A stretch of DNA of 64,000 bases from Bythopirellula sp. (GTDB lineage Bacteria > Planctomycetota > Planctomycetia > Pirellulales > Lacipirellulaceae), in NCBI GenBank assembly GCA_965224625.1, contig CBDCZS010000003.1, positions 42,661-106,660 of the forward strand. The letters run 5' to 3'. The stretch's first letter is position 1. Each line of letters starts with the position of its first letter. The notes beneath the pieces were generated by a model that was not told the DNA's origin, did no database searches, and saw only the letters and a list, made by a program, of their open reading frames with translations. Positions 1 to 9,370 of this stretch are shown piece after piece. A program made the position numbers and the translations under genes.

Positions 1-16
1 ACAGCTTGAGTGGGAG

Positions 17-2011
17 TTGGTTCGTCGTTTCGATTCTAAGGGGCTGCTTATCTCGGGCAGTTCGCCGCGCAATGTCTATCGGGCGGCTTGGCGGTGGTTG
101 GTCGATCCAAGTCTAGAGCGTGCGCCTTGTACCGTTTTTGATTTTTCGCAGCGCTGGACCATGTGGGACGGGAGCATGAATCAAATGTTTCGGTTCGCGG
201 AGGGATTTGATCGCGAAAAGCATATCCGTGAAATCGCGAGGACCGGACATACGGGCATAGAAATCAATCGGTACGCGACGCCGGGCGGCTATTTTGTGGA
301 TCATCGGAAATTTCCCGAAGATCCGTATCCCTGGTATCTCAGTTATGCGCCGGCGCTCGACGCTTTTGTGGAAAGTCCGTTGACCGAGGGGACCTATCCG
401 CGTGAGGAATTGCAAGCCAATCTGGCCGACCTGCTGTCGGCTGCCGAATTGGCCCGTCGGTATGGGCTGGAGCCTGGTTTTGTTTGTTACGAACCCCGAT
501 GTGTGCCAGAGTCGACCTTCGACCGCTATCCTGAGTTGCGCGGATCGAGGACCGATCATCCGGGCAGAAGTTTGGAGCCTCGCTACTCGCTCGACATCGC
601 CAATCCTCGTGTCCTGAAACATTATGGACAGATGATGACCGCTTTGATGGAGCAGGTTCCCGATCTTCGGTACTTGGTGTTTTGGACCCAAGATAGTGGC
701 TCGGGGTTGCCGTTCTCGCGGAGGCTCTACTTTGGCCCGAATGGATCGTACATGGCTCGCGCGAAGACGCTTGAGCAAATGGCTGCTGATTTTTCGGGCA
801 CTTTGCTCGACGCCGGGCGTAAGATCAACCCTGAGTTTGAAGTCCTGATGGAAATGGGCTGGGAGTATGCTGACGAGGAGCGGACTCGTATTACGGCGGC
901 GCTGCCCGAGGGGGTGACGGTGTCGCATATTCTTGGGCAAAAGCTGATGCAGCAACAATCGCCCAAGACCTTTGCGCGGTATGTGAAGGAGGATCGAGAG
1001 CGTGGCAAGGAGCCTTACACAGCATTTACGGTTTCTAGTATGTGGGACGATGCACCGATCGTGGGTGTTCCTTCGCCTAGCGTGGTGTTTGGGCGTTTTG
1101 AGGAAGTCCGAAAGCTTGGGCTGAAAAAACTGATTTCGCTTGGAGGGATGCTTGCACCAAATCAGTCTCCCTACAACATCAATCAAGAAATCTATTCCCG
1201 AAGTTTGACTGGGGAATTGCCGAATCGCGAAGACTTTTTGTATCAGGTTGCGCTTCGGTGGTGCGAGGACCGCGAAAAACCTGCGCGGCAATTGGTTGCA
1301 GCTTGGCAATCGGGCGACAAAACCCTGGCGACTTGGCCCTTTGTCAAATGGTACGACGGCGGTGCCGGACAGACCCAAGGGCGTTGGCTGACGCGTCCGC
1401 TGGTTCCTGATATTACGCTGCTCTCGGACGAAGAAAACGAGCCTTGGCAGCGTAGCCTGTTTCCGATCCCCTCGGATATTGCTCGGAAGAACATGGCGTT
1501 TGAGGGAGGGATTCGACTTTATCAAGACGAGCAACTCGAAAAGGCGGTGCGTGTCTTTACGGAAGAAACGCTGCCTTTGCTCAGCGCGACGGTGGGGCTG
1601 CTTGATCGAGCGATTGAAGCTGATTCGCTTGCCGTCTTGCGTGACCAGCGGGACCGCTACCAGGGGTTGTTCTTGCTAGGCAATACGGTTTGCAATCTGT
1701 TTCAAGCGCAATGGTCGATCAACCAACTGCTCTTGAAGCAGGGCGATTTGCCGAAGAATCGTCAAAGTTTGGATACGGCCATCGAACGAGAAATCGACAA
1801 CGCCCAGCGTTGGATCGATTTCTTGACCCAAACGAAGACGCCTGTCTTTCGGGTTTCTGCACGAGAAGAAACGCCGTTTCTGTACAAAACTCCGATCGCC
1901 GATTTGCAAGTCAAAATTACTGCGATGCAAAAGCACCGAACGGAGGAACCTGGCCCCTATTTGAAGGAGCTTTCGGAACCGCATTCTGAGAACAACCTAC
2001 TGTTTTATTGA
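17..2011 (+). CDS. Hypothetical protein, possibly glycoside-hydrolase-like (GH20/GH67-type N-terminal domain plus barrel); 5' end probably truncated by the window edge
   Basis: 664-aa ORF whose frame is open back to position 2. The N-terminal segment GLLISGSSPRNVYRAAWRWL resembles the GH20/GH67 N-terminal-domain motif. No diagnostic catalytic motif recognised. Confidence 0.55.
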   Translation: MVRRFDSKGLLISGSSPRNVYRAAWRWLVDPSLERAPCTVFDFSQRWTMWDGSMNQMFRFAEGFDREKHIREIARTGHTGIEINRYATPGGYFVDHRKFPEDPYPWYLSYAPALDAFVESPLTEGTYPREELQANLADLLSAAELARRYGLEPGFVCYEPRCVPESTFDRYPELRGSRTDHPGRSLEPRYSLDIANPRVLKHYGQMMTALMEQVPDLRYLVFWTQDSGSGLPFSRRLYFGPNGSYMARAKTLEQMAADFSGTLLDAGRKINPEFEVLMEMGWEYADEERTRITAALPEGVTVSHILGQKLMQQQSPKTFARYVKEDRERGKEPYTAFTVSSMWDDAPIVGVPSPSVVFGRFEEVRKLGLKKLISLGGMLAPNQSPYNINQEIYSRSLTGELPNREDFLYQVALRWCEDREKPARQLVAAWQSGDKTLATWPFVKWYDGGAGQTQGRWLTRPLVPDITLLSDEENEPWQRSLFPIPSDIARKNMAFEGGIRLYQDEQLEKAVRVFTEETLPLLSATVGLLDRAIEADSLAVLRDQRDRYQGLFLLGNTVCNLFQAQWSINQLLLKQGDLPKNRQSLDTAIEREIDNAQRWIDFLTQTKTPVFRVSAREETPFLYKTPIADLQVKITAMQKHRTEEPGPYLKELSEPHSENNLLFY

Positions 2012-2066
2012 ATTTTGTGCGGCACGGATTTTAGGTGCGGGAAGTTTTGGTGGCGGAAAGAAAAAG

Positions 2067-2138
2067 GCCTCACGCAGAGGCGCAGAGAACGCAAAGAGAT
2101 GATAAAGACTCTGCGTTCTCTGCGCCTCTGCGTGAGGC
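2067..2138. repeat. REP-like palindromic element (gcctcacgcagaggcgcagag family), copy 1
   Basis: Near-perfect inverted repeat gcctcacgcagaggcgcagagaacgca ... tgcgttctctgcgcctctgcgtgaggc between convergent genes; a second copy is at 51451-51529. Confidence 0.85.
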
Positions 2139-2173
2139 GGTTCGTTGATTTTCTCAAACCACAACGATCTGTT

Positions 2174-3484
2174 TTACACGAACTTGGTAACGCCTGGGCG
2201 GGCGATGGTGACGTCTGGGGCCGGGCCCCATTCGTAGGCGTCGGGCGTGAGGTCTTCTTGGGAGTTCATCGCCTGTTCCCAGGTGATGGTCTGTCCGGTG
2301 TAGGTGGCCATTCTTCCCATGATGGCTAGCAGGGTGCTGTTCGAGACGTATTCGCCATCGTTGATTGGGTTGCCACTGCGAATGGCTTTGAAAAGTCGGT
2401 CATGTTCGATGTCGTACATGCTCTTCACTTTTTCGCGATAGCGCCATTTGGTTGGGTTTTTGATAATGGCTTGACTCCCTGAAAGGTCGGCCATTCCCTT
2501 GGAACCTAGTACCTTGCATCCCGAATCCGTAGCGCAATCGTCTTGTTGGCGACAATTGCCAACAAGTTGTGTTCCGTCTTCGTAGGCGTAAGTCACGCTA
2601 TGGTGATCAAAAATGTTGCCGTAGCGTTCTTCGGTCCGTACTTGACGTCCACCGGTGCCAATGGCTTCGACTGGGTAGCTTCCCTTGACCCAACTGCACA
2701 GGTCGAGGTAGTGGATATGCTGTTCGACATTGAAGTCGCCAGACAACCAAGTGTAGTAATACCAGTTGCGCATCTGCAGGTGCATATCCGTCCAATCGGG
2801 CTTCGGAGTTTTAATCCAAATGGCACCTCGGTAGTCGTTGGCAAAGAGCGTGGATATTTCGCCGATAGCGCCATCATGAATCCGTTTGACCGCTTCGACA
2901 AGGCCCGGATGATCTCTCAGGCAGAGGCCCGATACGAGTGAAAGCCCTTTTTCTTTTGCTAGCCGTGAGGTGGCCAAGACCGAACGAACGCCTGGTGCGT
3001 CGACTGCGATAGGCTTCTCGCAGAAGACGTGCTTTCCGGCATCAATGGCCGCCTTCAAATGCTGTGGTCGGAAGTGAGGAGGCGTTGCCAAGAGGACCAC
3101 GTCTACGCCACTGTCGATCAATTCTTGATAGGCGTTGAAGCCGGCAAACTGCCGTTCTTTGGGGACGTCCATTTTGCCTGCGGTGATGGGGTCTTCCTTC
3201 AACGAAGTCAAGCTCTGTTCAATACGGTCGGCGAAGGCGTCGGCCATGGCGGTAAGTTTTACGTTTTCGTCGGCCTGCAAGGCATTGAGGACGGCTCCGG
3301 TCCCCCGGCCTCCGCAGCCAACCAGGCCAACCTTGAGGAGGTCGCTGCCACCGGGGTGAGCCGTTGCTGCAAGGCCCACGTTGCTTGCAACCGTACCGGT
3401 CGCTGCGGCAAGCAGGGACGTTGTTTTTAGGAAATGGCGGCGCGAGGTCGGCGTGTCTGATGAGGACTTTTGATTTTTGGACAT
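2174..3484 (-). CDS. Gfo/Idh/MocA family oxidoreductase with Tat signal peptide
   Basis: Twin-arginine motif SRRHFLK; Rossmann motif KVGLVGCGGRG; HVFCEKP signature. Confidence 0.92.
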   Translation of the reverse strand: MSKNQKSSSDTPTSRRHFLKTTSLLAAATGTVASNVGLAATAHPGGSDLLKVGLVGCGGRGTGAVLNALQADENVKLTAMADAFADRIEQSLTSLKEDPITAGKMDVPKERQFAGFNAYQELIDSGVDVVLLATPPHFRPQHLKAAIDAGKHVFCEKPIAVDAPGVRSVLATSRLAKEKGLSLVSGLCLRDHPGLVEAVKRIHDGAIGEISTLFANDYRGAIWIKTPKPDWTDMHLQMRNWYYYTWLSGDFNVEQHIHYLDLCSWVKGSYPVEAIGTGGRQVRTEERYGNIFDHHSVTYAYEDGTQLVGNCRQQDDCATDSGCKVLGSKGMADLSGSQAIIKNPTKWRYREKVKSMYDIEHDRLFKAIRSGNPINDGEYVSNSTLLAIMGRMATYTGQTITWEQAMNSQEDLTPDAYEWGPAPDVTIARPGVTKFV

Positions 3485-3514
3485 GATCGATTCTCCTACA
3501 GAAAAAGCGTTGGG

Positions 3515-4402
3515 CTAGTGGTTGTCGTTTGAGTCTGTTTTTGATTGGAGTGTAGTTAACGGGCGAATTTCCAGATTGCGAAAGAAGACTTCGTTGCCTT
3601 CGTTTTCGAGCAGTATCTTTCCCGACGACGGGGAGACATTGTAGCATTCGTTGACCGTGACGCCGTTGATTTTAATGGTGATTCGGTCTTTGTCACAGAG
3701 GCAATCGACGCGTGTCCATTCGCCGAGCGGGCTGGCCACGTCGTTTTTGCCTCGGGCGTCGAGTCGCTCGCTAAATCCGACTTGGTGCTGGGACCACCAA
3801 AACTGTTTGCCTGCGTAGTCGGTGCGTTTGCCGCCCTGTTTCCATCTCGACCGGCCATCTTTGGCAACGCGGGTATCGCTTGAAAGCGTCGAAACAAGGG
3901 GTTCGCCGGAGGTGTCTTGGCCTTGGATGACAATGAGGTCGCCTTCGCATCCCTGGGCCAACTGGCACTCGACCGATGCCATCCACATCCCTTTGGCGTT
4001 TCCGTCGGGGCCGTTGGCGTGCAACAAAACTCCGGAGTTGCGCACGTAGCCCGATCCATCGGTTTTTTTGCCCCAGCGGTACTCGAAGCTCAGGTGGTAA
4101 TTTTCATAGTTTTTTTCTGTGGCCAGGTAGCCCATTCCTTCGCCGCTGAGGTGTAGGGTTCGATCAACGACAGAAAAGACTTTGTCTGGGTCTTCGGTCC
4201 CTGACTCCTGGAGCCAATGGCTCCAACCGTTGAGATCGTTTTCATTGAAGGGACGGATAATCTGGTTTGCAGCCGGCGAGCAAACGACCACTTTGTCGCT
4301 TGGTAGTGCGGTCTCCACTTGTGCAAACGTTCCGCTCGCGTAGCAGATCAACCCTAGGATTGCAGTTATTTGAGCAGCCAAAGTTTTTTTGTGTTTAAGC
4401 AT
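3515..4402 (-). CDS. DUF1080 (3-keto-disaccharide hydrolase-like) domain protein, secreted
   Basis: Signal peptide; motifs LFN..DL.GW-like (PFNENDLNGW), YLATEKNYENYHLSFEYRW, NSGVLLH, EWTRVD and GKILLENEGNEVFFRNLEI. Confidence 0.9.
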   Translation of the reverse strand: MLKHKKTLAAQITAILGLICYASGTFAQVETALPSDKVVVCSPAANQIIRPFNENDLNGWSHWLQESGTEDPDKVFSVVDRTLHLSGEGMGYLATEKNYENYHLSFEYRWGKKTDGSGYVRNSGVLLHANGPDGNAKGMWMASVECQLAQGCEGDLIVIQGQDTSGEPLVSTLSSDTRVAKDGRSRWKQGGKRTDYAGKQFWWSQHQVGFSERLDARGKNDVASPLGEWTRVDCLCDKDRITIKINGVTVNECYNVSPSSGKILLENEGNEVFFRNLEIRPLTTLQSKTDSNDNH

Positions 4403-4411
4403 GCGAATCGA

Positions 4412-5428
4412 TCAATGGGGAAGCGACTGTAGGCCTGAAATGACGGTCTGTAGGTAAGTACGTGCCCGTCGGGCAAGGGCATCAATCGATTCGGCTTCCG
4501 GATGGGGTGCCATCGGAGCGAAGATATTCTCGCAACAAAGGGGCATGTCTTTGCCAGTAAATGCAACGGGATGCAACAGTTGGTAGTGGTCAATTAGGCC
4601 AAACCCTGGGCCGCAATCTTCGTCTTTAGGCCATTCTCGATGGTCTTTGATGCAGAAGCTTTTTACTACCTCGGCACAACTCTGAATATCGGGAATGGGA
4701 TCGACGTTTAAGTAGTCCAAGACGTTGCCAGCGTCGTAGTTGACTTGAATGTTGGGGTGATCGACTTGCCGAATAATCTCTGCGCACGCCTGGCCTGTAC
4801 CTGTCGATCCGCCATGCTGTTTGACGACAATCGTGACGCCGTGGTCGCCCGCGATCGGTGCCAGTTGCTTGAACCGCTCGATCCACTGTTCGCGGTTGCC
4901 GCCTTCGGTGTGTCCAAAGGTCAAGACTTGCGGAATACGGGCTGCTGCTGCTTGATGGATGCGCGAAGTCAGTACCGTTACCGCATTGTCGGCTTCGGGA
5001 TAGATCGTTGAAAACATCATGACCGGCTCTAGCCCCAGGTCGCGGCAGCGTTGGGCCAAGTCTTTGGCCTTCTGTGGCGGCGCGTCGATAGGCATCATGG
5101 GCACCGGTTTTTCGTTGGGATGCTCGCGGTGCGTTATCCCCCAGGCAACATATTCGTAGCCGGCGTTTTTGATTCCTTGCAGCGCCCTGAGCAACGGGAA
5201 TCGCGCATAGGGAAGCGTCATGCAAGCGATCTGAAAGCGAGTCGCTTCGGCCGACGGATTGGCTGGCTCTGCTTCGGCAGCCATCGCCGTCGACGCGAAG
5301 CCGGGCATGCGTGTTTGGCCGCCGATCAGCGCCGCACTGCCAAGGCTAGCGGCTAGACCTGTAGCAAGATTGCTCAGACATTTGCGACGATCCATCCGCG
5401 GATCGCTTTGCTCGATTTTAGTAGGCAT
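4412..5428 (-). CDS. Sugar phosphate isomerase/epimerase (AP endonuclease-2/xylose isomerase TIM barrel), Tat-like signal; start may instead be ATG 5395
   Basis: MDRRKCL twin-arginine-like N-terminus; VKQH, VNYDAGN and HxKD-like (FCIKD) metal-site motifs; CCEN. Confidence 0.82.
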   Translation of the reverse strand: MPTKIEQSDPRMDRRKCLSNLATGLAASLGSAALIGGQTRMPGFASTAMAAEAEPANPSAEATRFQIACMTLPYARFPLLRALQGIKNAGYEYVAWGITHREHPNEKPVPMMPIDAPPQKAKDLAQRCRDLGLEPVMMFSTIYPEADNAVTVLTSRIHQAAAARIPQVLTFGHTEGGNREQWIERFKQLAPIAGDHGVTIVVKQHGGSTGTGQACAEIIRQVDHPNIQVNYDAGNVLDYLNVDPIPDIQSCAEVVKSFCIKDHREWPKDEDCGPGFGLIDHYQLLHPVAFTGKDMPLCCENIFAPMAPHPEAESIDALARRARTYLQTVISGLQSLPH

Positions 5429-5525
5429 TGTCCCAGTATAAGGGATATTGATTGCGGTTTGCAATTTGACCGTCCGATGGTAAAATGGTCATTGGAAGTT
5501 AAAAACGCTAAAAAGGGTGGTATTC

Positions 5526-6692
5526 ATGGCTTCGGGCCCTAAGAAAAAACCGGCGGAAAAGAAAAAGCCCTCTTCGGATAGTGAAGCCTCTTTTAGCGGA
5601 ATCAATCGCCCACTCTCTCTTGTTGCGCAGGTCGAACAGACGCTTCGGACGGCCATCGACGACAATGTTTTTCCGCTGGGTCGACTCCCTACGTTGGTCG
5701 AATTGGCGGATCAATTGCGTGTTAGCCGCGAGACGGTTCGGTTGGCCCTCGATGCGCTTCAAAAAGAAGGCTTGATTATCAAGCGCCGCCGCCGCGGGAC
5801 CTATGTGAACTCCCCGACTGTGCCGCGCGTGCTCAAAGCACCCAAGCGGAAGGTCTTGGGGTATTTGCTTGAAGATTATGACTATGGGGGCACGAATGCC
5901 GAGATTATCTCGGGGTCGCATGGTAGCGCGATGCTCGAAGGGGCGATCAAAGAAGCCGGTCGACATGACTATCAACTGGTGACGCGCAGCGCCAAGCCCA
6001 ATCGTCTACGAGAAGCTTTCGACCAGCTGAATGATTTGGGTCCCCTGTGCGGTGCAATCTTTGCGTGTGTAGCCGAAGAAAAATTGCTCAAAGGACTCAG
6101 CGGGCGAGGCTTGCCGGCGGTGCTTCTTGACCACGAAATGCACCTTTCCAAAGTAGGCTCGGTCCGAGGGGACTCGCAGCAGAACGCTCGTTTGGCGATA
6201 CAGCACCTTGCCGATGCCGGTCATCGCAAGATCGCATGTGCGCACTGGCGGCAAAGTGATTTGAATCCGTGGTTTCTTCGAGGGTATCGTTTGGGGATGC
6301 GCGATGCCAATATCAAACGGCGTCGCAATTGGGAGATGTTTGTTGAATTGAACGAAAAAGGTGCGATGGAGACGCTCGACCAACTCATGAACTTGCCGCA
6401 ACGTCCAACCGCAGTTATCTGTTTCCACAACACGTTCGCAAGCCAGTTGATTGCAGCGGCGTGGAAGAAAGGCTATCGGATTCCCGAAGACCTGAGCGTC
6501 ATCGGTGGCGGTGGCGAGGAAATCGTGAATCTCACCTGCATGCAAATCGACTGGCACCAACTGGGACATACCGCCGTGCGCATGCTACTCAAGGCGATCG
6601 ACCAAGGGGAAAAACACGAAGCGGAGCATATCCTCTTGCCCTACGAACTGAGGACGGGCGGGACGACGGCACCGATCAAATCGGACAAATAA
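5526..6692 (+). CDS. GntR-family winged-HTH regulator with C-terminal LacI-type periplasmic-binding-fold sensor
   Basis: GntR HTH RLPTLVELADQLRVSRETVRLALDALQKEGLIIKRRRRGTYV; LacI-like GHRKIA, PTAVIC and RIPEDLSVIG. Divergent from the 2174-5428 catabolic genes. Confidence 0.9.
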   Translation: MASGPKKKPAEKKKPSSDSEASFSGINRPLSLVAQVEQTLRTAIDDNVFPLGRLPTLVELADQLRVSRETVRLALDALQKEGLIIKRRRRGTYVNSPTVPRVLKAPKRKVLGYLLEDYDYGGTNAEIISGSHGSAMLEGAIKEAGRHDYQLVTRSAKPNRLREAFDQLNDLGPLCGAIFACVAEEKLLKGLSGRGLPAVLLDHEMHLSKVGSVRGDSQQNARLAIQHLADAGHRKIACAHWRQSDLNPWFLRGYRLGMRDANIKRRRNWEMFVELNEKGAMETLDQLMNLPQRPTAVICFHNTFASQLIAAAWKKGYRIPEDLSVIGGGGEEIVNLTCMQIDWHQLGHTAVRMLLKAIDQGEKHEAEHILLPYELRTGGTTAPIKSDK

Positions 6693-6905
6693 GTGATTGA
6701 GCGTTCTGTTGGACGGCATAGCGGCCTGTCGTGAATTATTTACGAACACGGCACCTGCCCCGCCGCATGCCGGCCAAGATTCGTCTTACTCGCCTCGTGG
6801 AAGATGCGATACGCCTGCCTTCCACCCTCCGTAACAAGATCGGCTTTTCCCTCATGGGAACTTGTAAATACACTTTGTAGTTGTCATTGTGTGTAGTCAT
6901 CCGAG

Positions 6906-8954
6906 CTACGGCTTGAGCTGCTCGGAAGCTGCTGCCTTTAGCTGGTAACGGTGCAGGTGATGTTTGTGCTGCTGAAAGGCTTGGTAGAGGCGTTCTTGGC
7001 CGAAACGGATGTCTGGGGTGTAGTGAAAGCTCCAGGTTTCGTTGTCGAGGAGGAGGGGAATGGTCGTTCCCGGCGGTGTGTCGGCGGCTAGTCGTACGAC
7101 GCTGGTGCGTTCTTTTGCTCCGGTCCATTCTCGCTGTTTTTGTTCCTGGAGGTCGCGGCATTCGATGAGCCAGGGCGAATCGGTGTAGATCTTGGTGCGA
7201 TGCCAATTGTTTTTGTCCAGGGGATCTAGCCCCTGCGCGGTTTTGACCCAAAGGGTTGCTTCTTCGCCCGGTTGCAGCAGGCCATCGCCGTTGCCTTGCC
7301 CCTCGGTCACGGTGCGCTCGATCGGAGCGCCGCCGCCCTGGTTTCCTTTCTGGCGAAAGACCGAAAAGGTAACGGTGCGGCCGTCCAGGAGTTCGACTTC
7401 GGTCGGTGGTGAAATTTGTTCGGGGATGACCAGTATGTCGAGCGGTACGGTTTGCGGCGGCTGTGCTTCGGCTGACAACGTGATGTCGAGTCGTGTCCTT
7501 GCGAAATATCTGCCATCCGCAGCGAAACGAACTTGCAGGCCCTCGCCCGCCTCGACCACTTCGCCCGGTTCTAGACGGGGGAATTTCGTGGACGCTTTTT
7601 GCAGGTCGACCGTTGGGTACTTGCTTGCAAGCTCTATTCGTACGTTGTTGAGAGGTTTGTCGCCGGGGTTGTAGATGCGAATCGGCAGGGATTGCACTTG
7701 GTTTGGCCCAAGCCGGAGAGCGTCTTTCGTGGTTGCGGGCAAGAGCGTGACGCGGGGCGGCTCGATTCCGGGGCCTAGGAGGCTAAGCTGATGCCCTGCG
7801 CCGTCGACTTGTAGTTCGATGCGTCCACTCGCATCTGCTTTGACTTCGCGCCACGTTGCGACTTTGTCCGACAACCGTAAATCGGCGATTTTGTATTTTT
7901 GTAATGGCTGGTAGCGAGGACTCGTGAGGAGGGTGATTTTTTTGTTTGTTGCCGGTGGTCCGTCAGGTGCCCATTGCCGGGTTGTCACACGCAGGCCGTT
8001 GGCTTGCACGTCGTGGAGGGTGACAAACGCTTTTTCTTTGCCTGCGGCGTGAACTTCGTAGCCCCAGGCTTTGAAGTCGCGGTAGGCGCTGACATAGTGC
8101 CACTTGTCGGGGGGGGTGTCTAAGCTAGCCGTGTTGAATGCCCGTTGATGAAAATCAAAAGTTTTGGCAATCGAGGTGGCCCAGTGACGGTGATATTCGT
8201 CACGTCGGTACTCGAAATCGACGTTGTTTGCATGGGCGTAAGCGGCACGGGTCTCTTCGTGATACTGGCTGATGTAGTCGCCGCTGGCACGGACCAACTG
8301 GATTTTTGAGTGGCGGTGGCAAGCGACGTGATCTTTTGGCCGCCAGAGCATGCGAGTGCCCTTGTTTCCGGTAAAAAACTCGGGGCCCGGGTTGAATGCC
8401 GACGCGCTGCCAAGCAGGTCGGGATAGCGGGCGCTGAGGGTGAGGCTCATGAAACCGCCCATGCTGAGTCCGCTGGACGCACGGTAGCGGCGGGTTGTTT
8501 TTGTGCGAAATGTTGCGTCGATGTGCGTGACCATTTCGAGGAAGTACTCGCCGAAGTCGTAGTCTCCCCCGTCGCGCCGGACATCCCAGGGAGAGCCGCC
8601 GTAGAATCCCTCGTAGTGTTCTTTTACCCAGCCGTCGACGGCAACGACGATGACGTCGTTTTGGGCGACATAGCGGGCAATCTTGGGGACGGTGTCTTTG
8701 CCCGCGTCATAACGCTCTAGCGTGTAGCGGTCGCTGTGGCCGTGGAAATAATAAATCACCGGATAGCGTTTGGATTGGTTTTCGGAGTCGTTTTCTGAAT
8801 GGTAGTCGGTTGGTAAGAAAATTCGGTAGTGGCGGGCTTCGCCAAAGACCGCCGACGGAAAGGTTTGATCGGAGAACTTGGGCTGGGCGAAGCTGGGCGC
8901 GATGAGTGCGAAAAGCCAGAGTACGCACGTGCCGAAGAAAAAATTGTTCCGCAT
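6906..8954 (-). CDS. Secreted alpha/beta hydrolase (putative esterase family) with long C-terminal beta-rich extension
   Basis: The real start is probably ATG 8954 (MRNNFFFGTCVLWLFALIAPSFA, signal peptide); the ORF extension to 9155 overlaps the ACT gene. Motifs: YRIFLP, YPVIYYFHG, nucleophile elbow GLSMGG, HxW. Confidence 0.8.
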   Translation of the reverse strand: MRNNFFFGTCVLWLFALIAPSFAQPKFSDQTFPSAVFGEARHYRIFLPTDYHSENDSENQSKRYPVIYYFHGHSDRYTLERYDAGKDTVPKIARYVAQNDVIVVAVDGWVKEHYEGFYGGSPWDVRRDGGDYDFGEYFLEMVTHIDATFRTKTTRRYRASSGLSMGGFMSLTLSARYPDLLGSASAFNPGPEFFTGNKGTRMLWRPKDHVACHRHSKIQLVRASGDYISQYHEETRAAYAHANNVDFEYRRDEYHRHWATSIAKTFDFHQRAFNTASLDTPPDKWHYVSAYRDFKAWGYEVHAAGKEKAFVTLHDVQANGLRVTTRQWAPDGPPATNKKITLLTSPRYQPLQKYKIADLRLSDKVATWREVKADASGRIELQVDGAGHQLSLLGPGIEPPRVTLLPATTKDALRLGPNQVQSLPIRIYNPGDKPLNNVRIELASKYPTVDLQKASTKFPRLEPGEVVEAGEGLQVRFAADGRYFARTRLDITLSAEAQPPQTVPLDILVIPEQISPPTEVELLDGRTVTFSVFRQKGNQGGGAPIERTVTEGQGNGDGLLQPGEEATLWVKTAQGLDPLDKNNWHRTKIYTDSPWLIECRDLQEQKQREWTGAKERTSVVRLAADTPPGTTIPLLLDNETWSFHYTPDIRFGQERLYQAFQQHKHHLHRYQLKAAASEQLKP

Positions 8955-8968
8955 AGTCAACCGTTGTC

Positions 8969-9370
8969 TTAGGTAGTGCCGACGACGAGTAGGTCGTGAA
9001 TCAGTTTTAAGGCTTCTTCTCGGCGCTCGGTGGCGAGCGCCACCATGGCCAATCCCATCTGGCGTTGGAGGATGCGCACGCTGCTGACTTCGATATCGCC
9101 TTGGTGTAGGCGCTCGGTGATCCGTGCTAACGAGCCGGGTTCGTCTTTGATGCAAACCACCACGGCGTCGTCCGAGACGGCATCAAAGCCGGCGTCGCGC
9201 AAAACTTGTAGTGCGCGATCGTACTGGTCGACGGCAAGCGTCACGACGTCGAGATCTCGGGCGTCGTAGGCGTCGAGTCCGTCGAGGTTGATTCCTGCAT
9301 CTCCTAATACTCGGCAGATATTCGCCACAAGTCCGTCCTGCACCGGCGCGATAATCGTGATTTGCTTCAT
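8969..9370 (-). CDS. Tandem ACT-domain protein
   Basis: Two ACT-like repeats (APVQDGLVANICRVLGDAGINL and KDEPGSLARITERLHQGDIEV); ATGA overlap with the decarboxylase stop at 9367-9370. Confidence 0.85.
   Translation of the reverse strand: MKQITIIAPVQDGLVANICRVLGDAGINLDGLDAYDARDLDVVTLAVDQYDRALQVLRDAGFDAVSDDAVVVCIKDEPGSLARITERLHQGDIEVSSVRILQRQMGLAMVALATERREEALKLIHDLLVVGTT

Noticed and set aside
113-1534. Long antisense ORFs (e.g. 113-1534, 11374-12270, 14578-15771, 18403-19518, 25433-26596, 28497-29885, 46419-47696)
   Set aside because: They are shadow frames opposite motif-supported genes in GC-rich DNA and carry no recognisable domains.
5466-5491. Sigma70 promoter ttgacc...taaaat ahead of the GntR gene
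   Set aside because: The spacer is only 9 nt. An extended -10 (tggtaaaat) is possible but unsupported.
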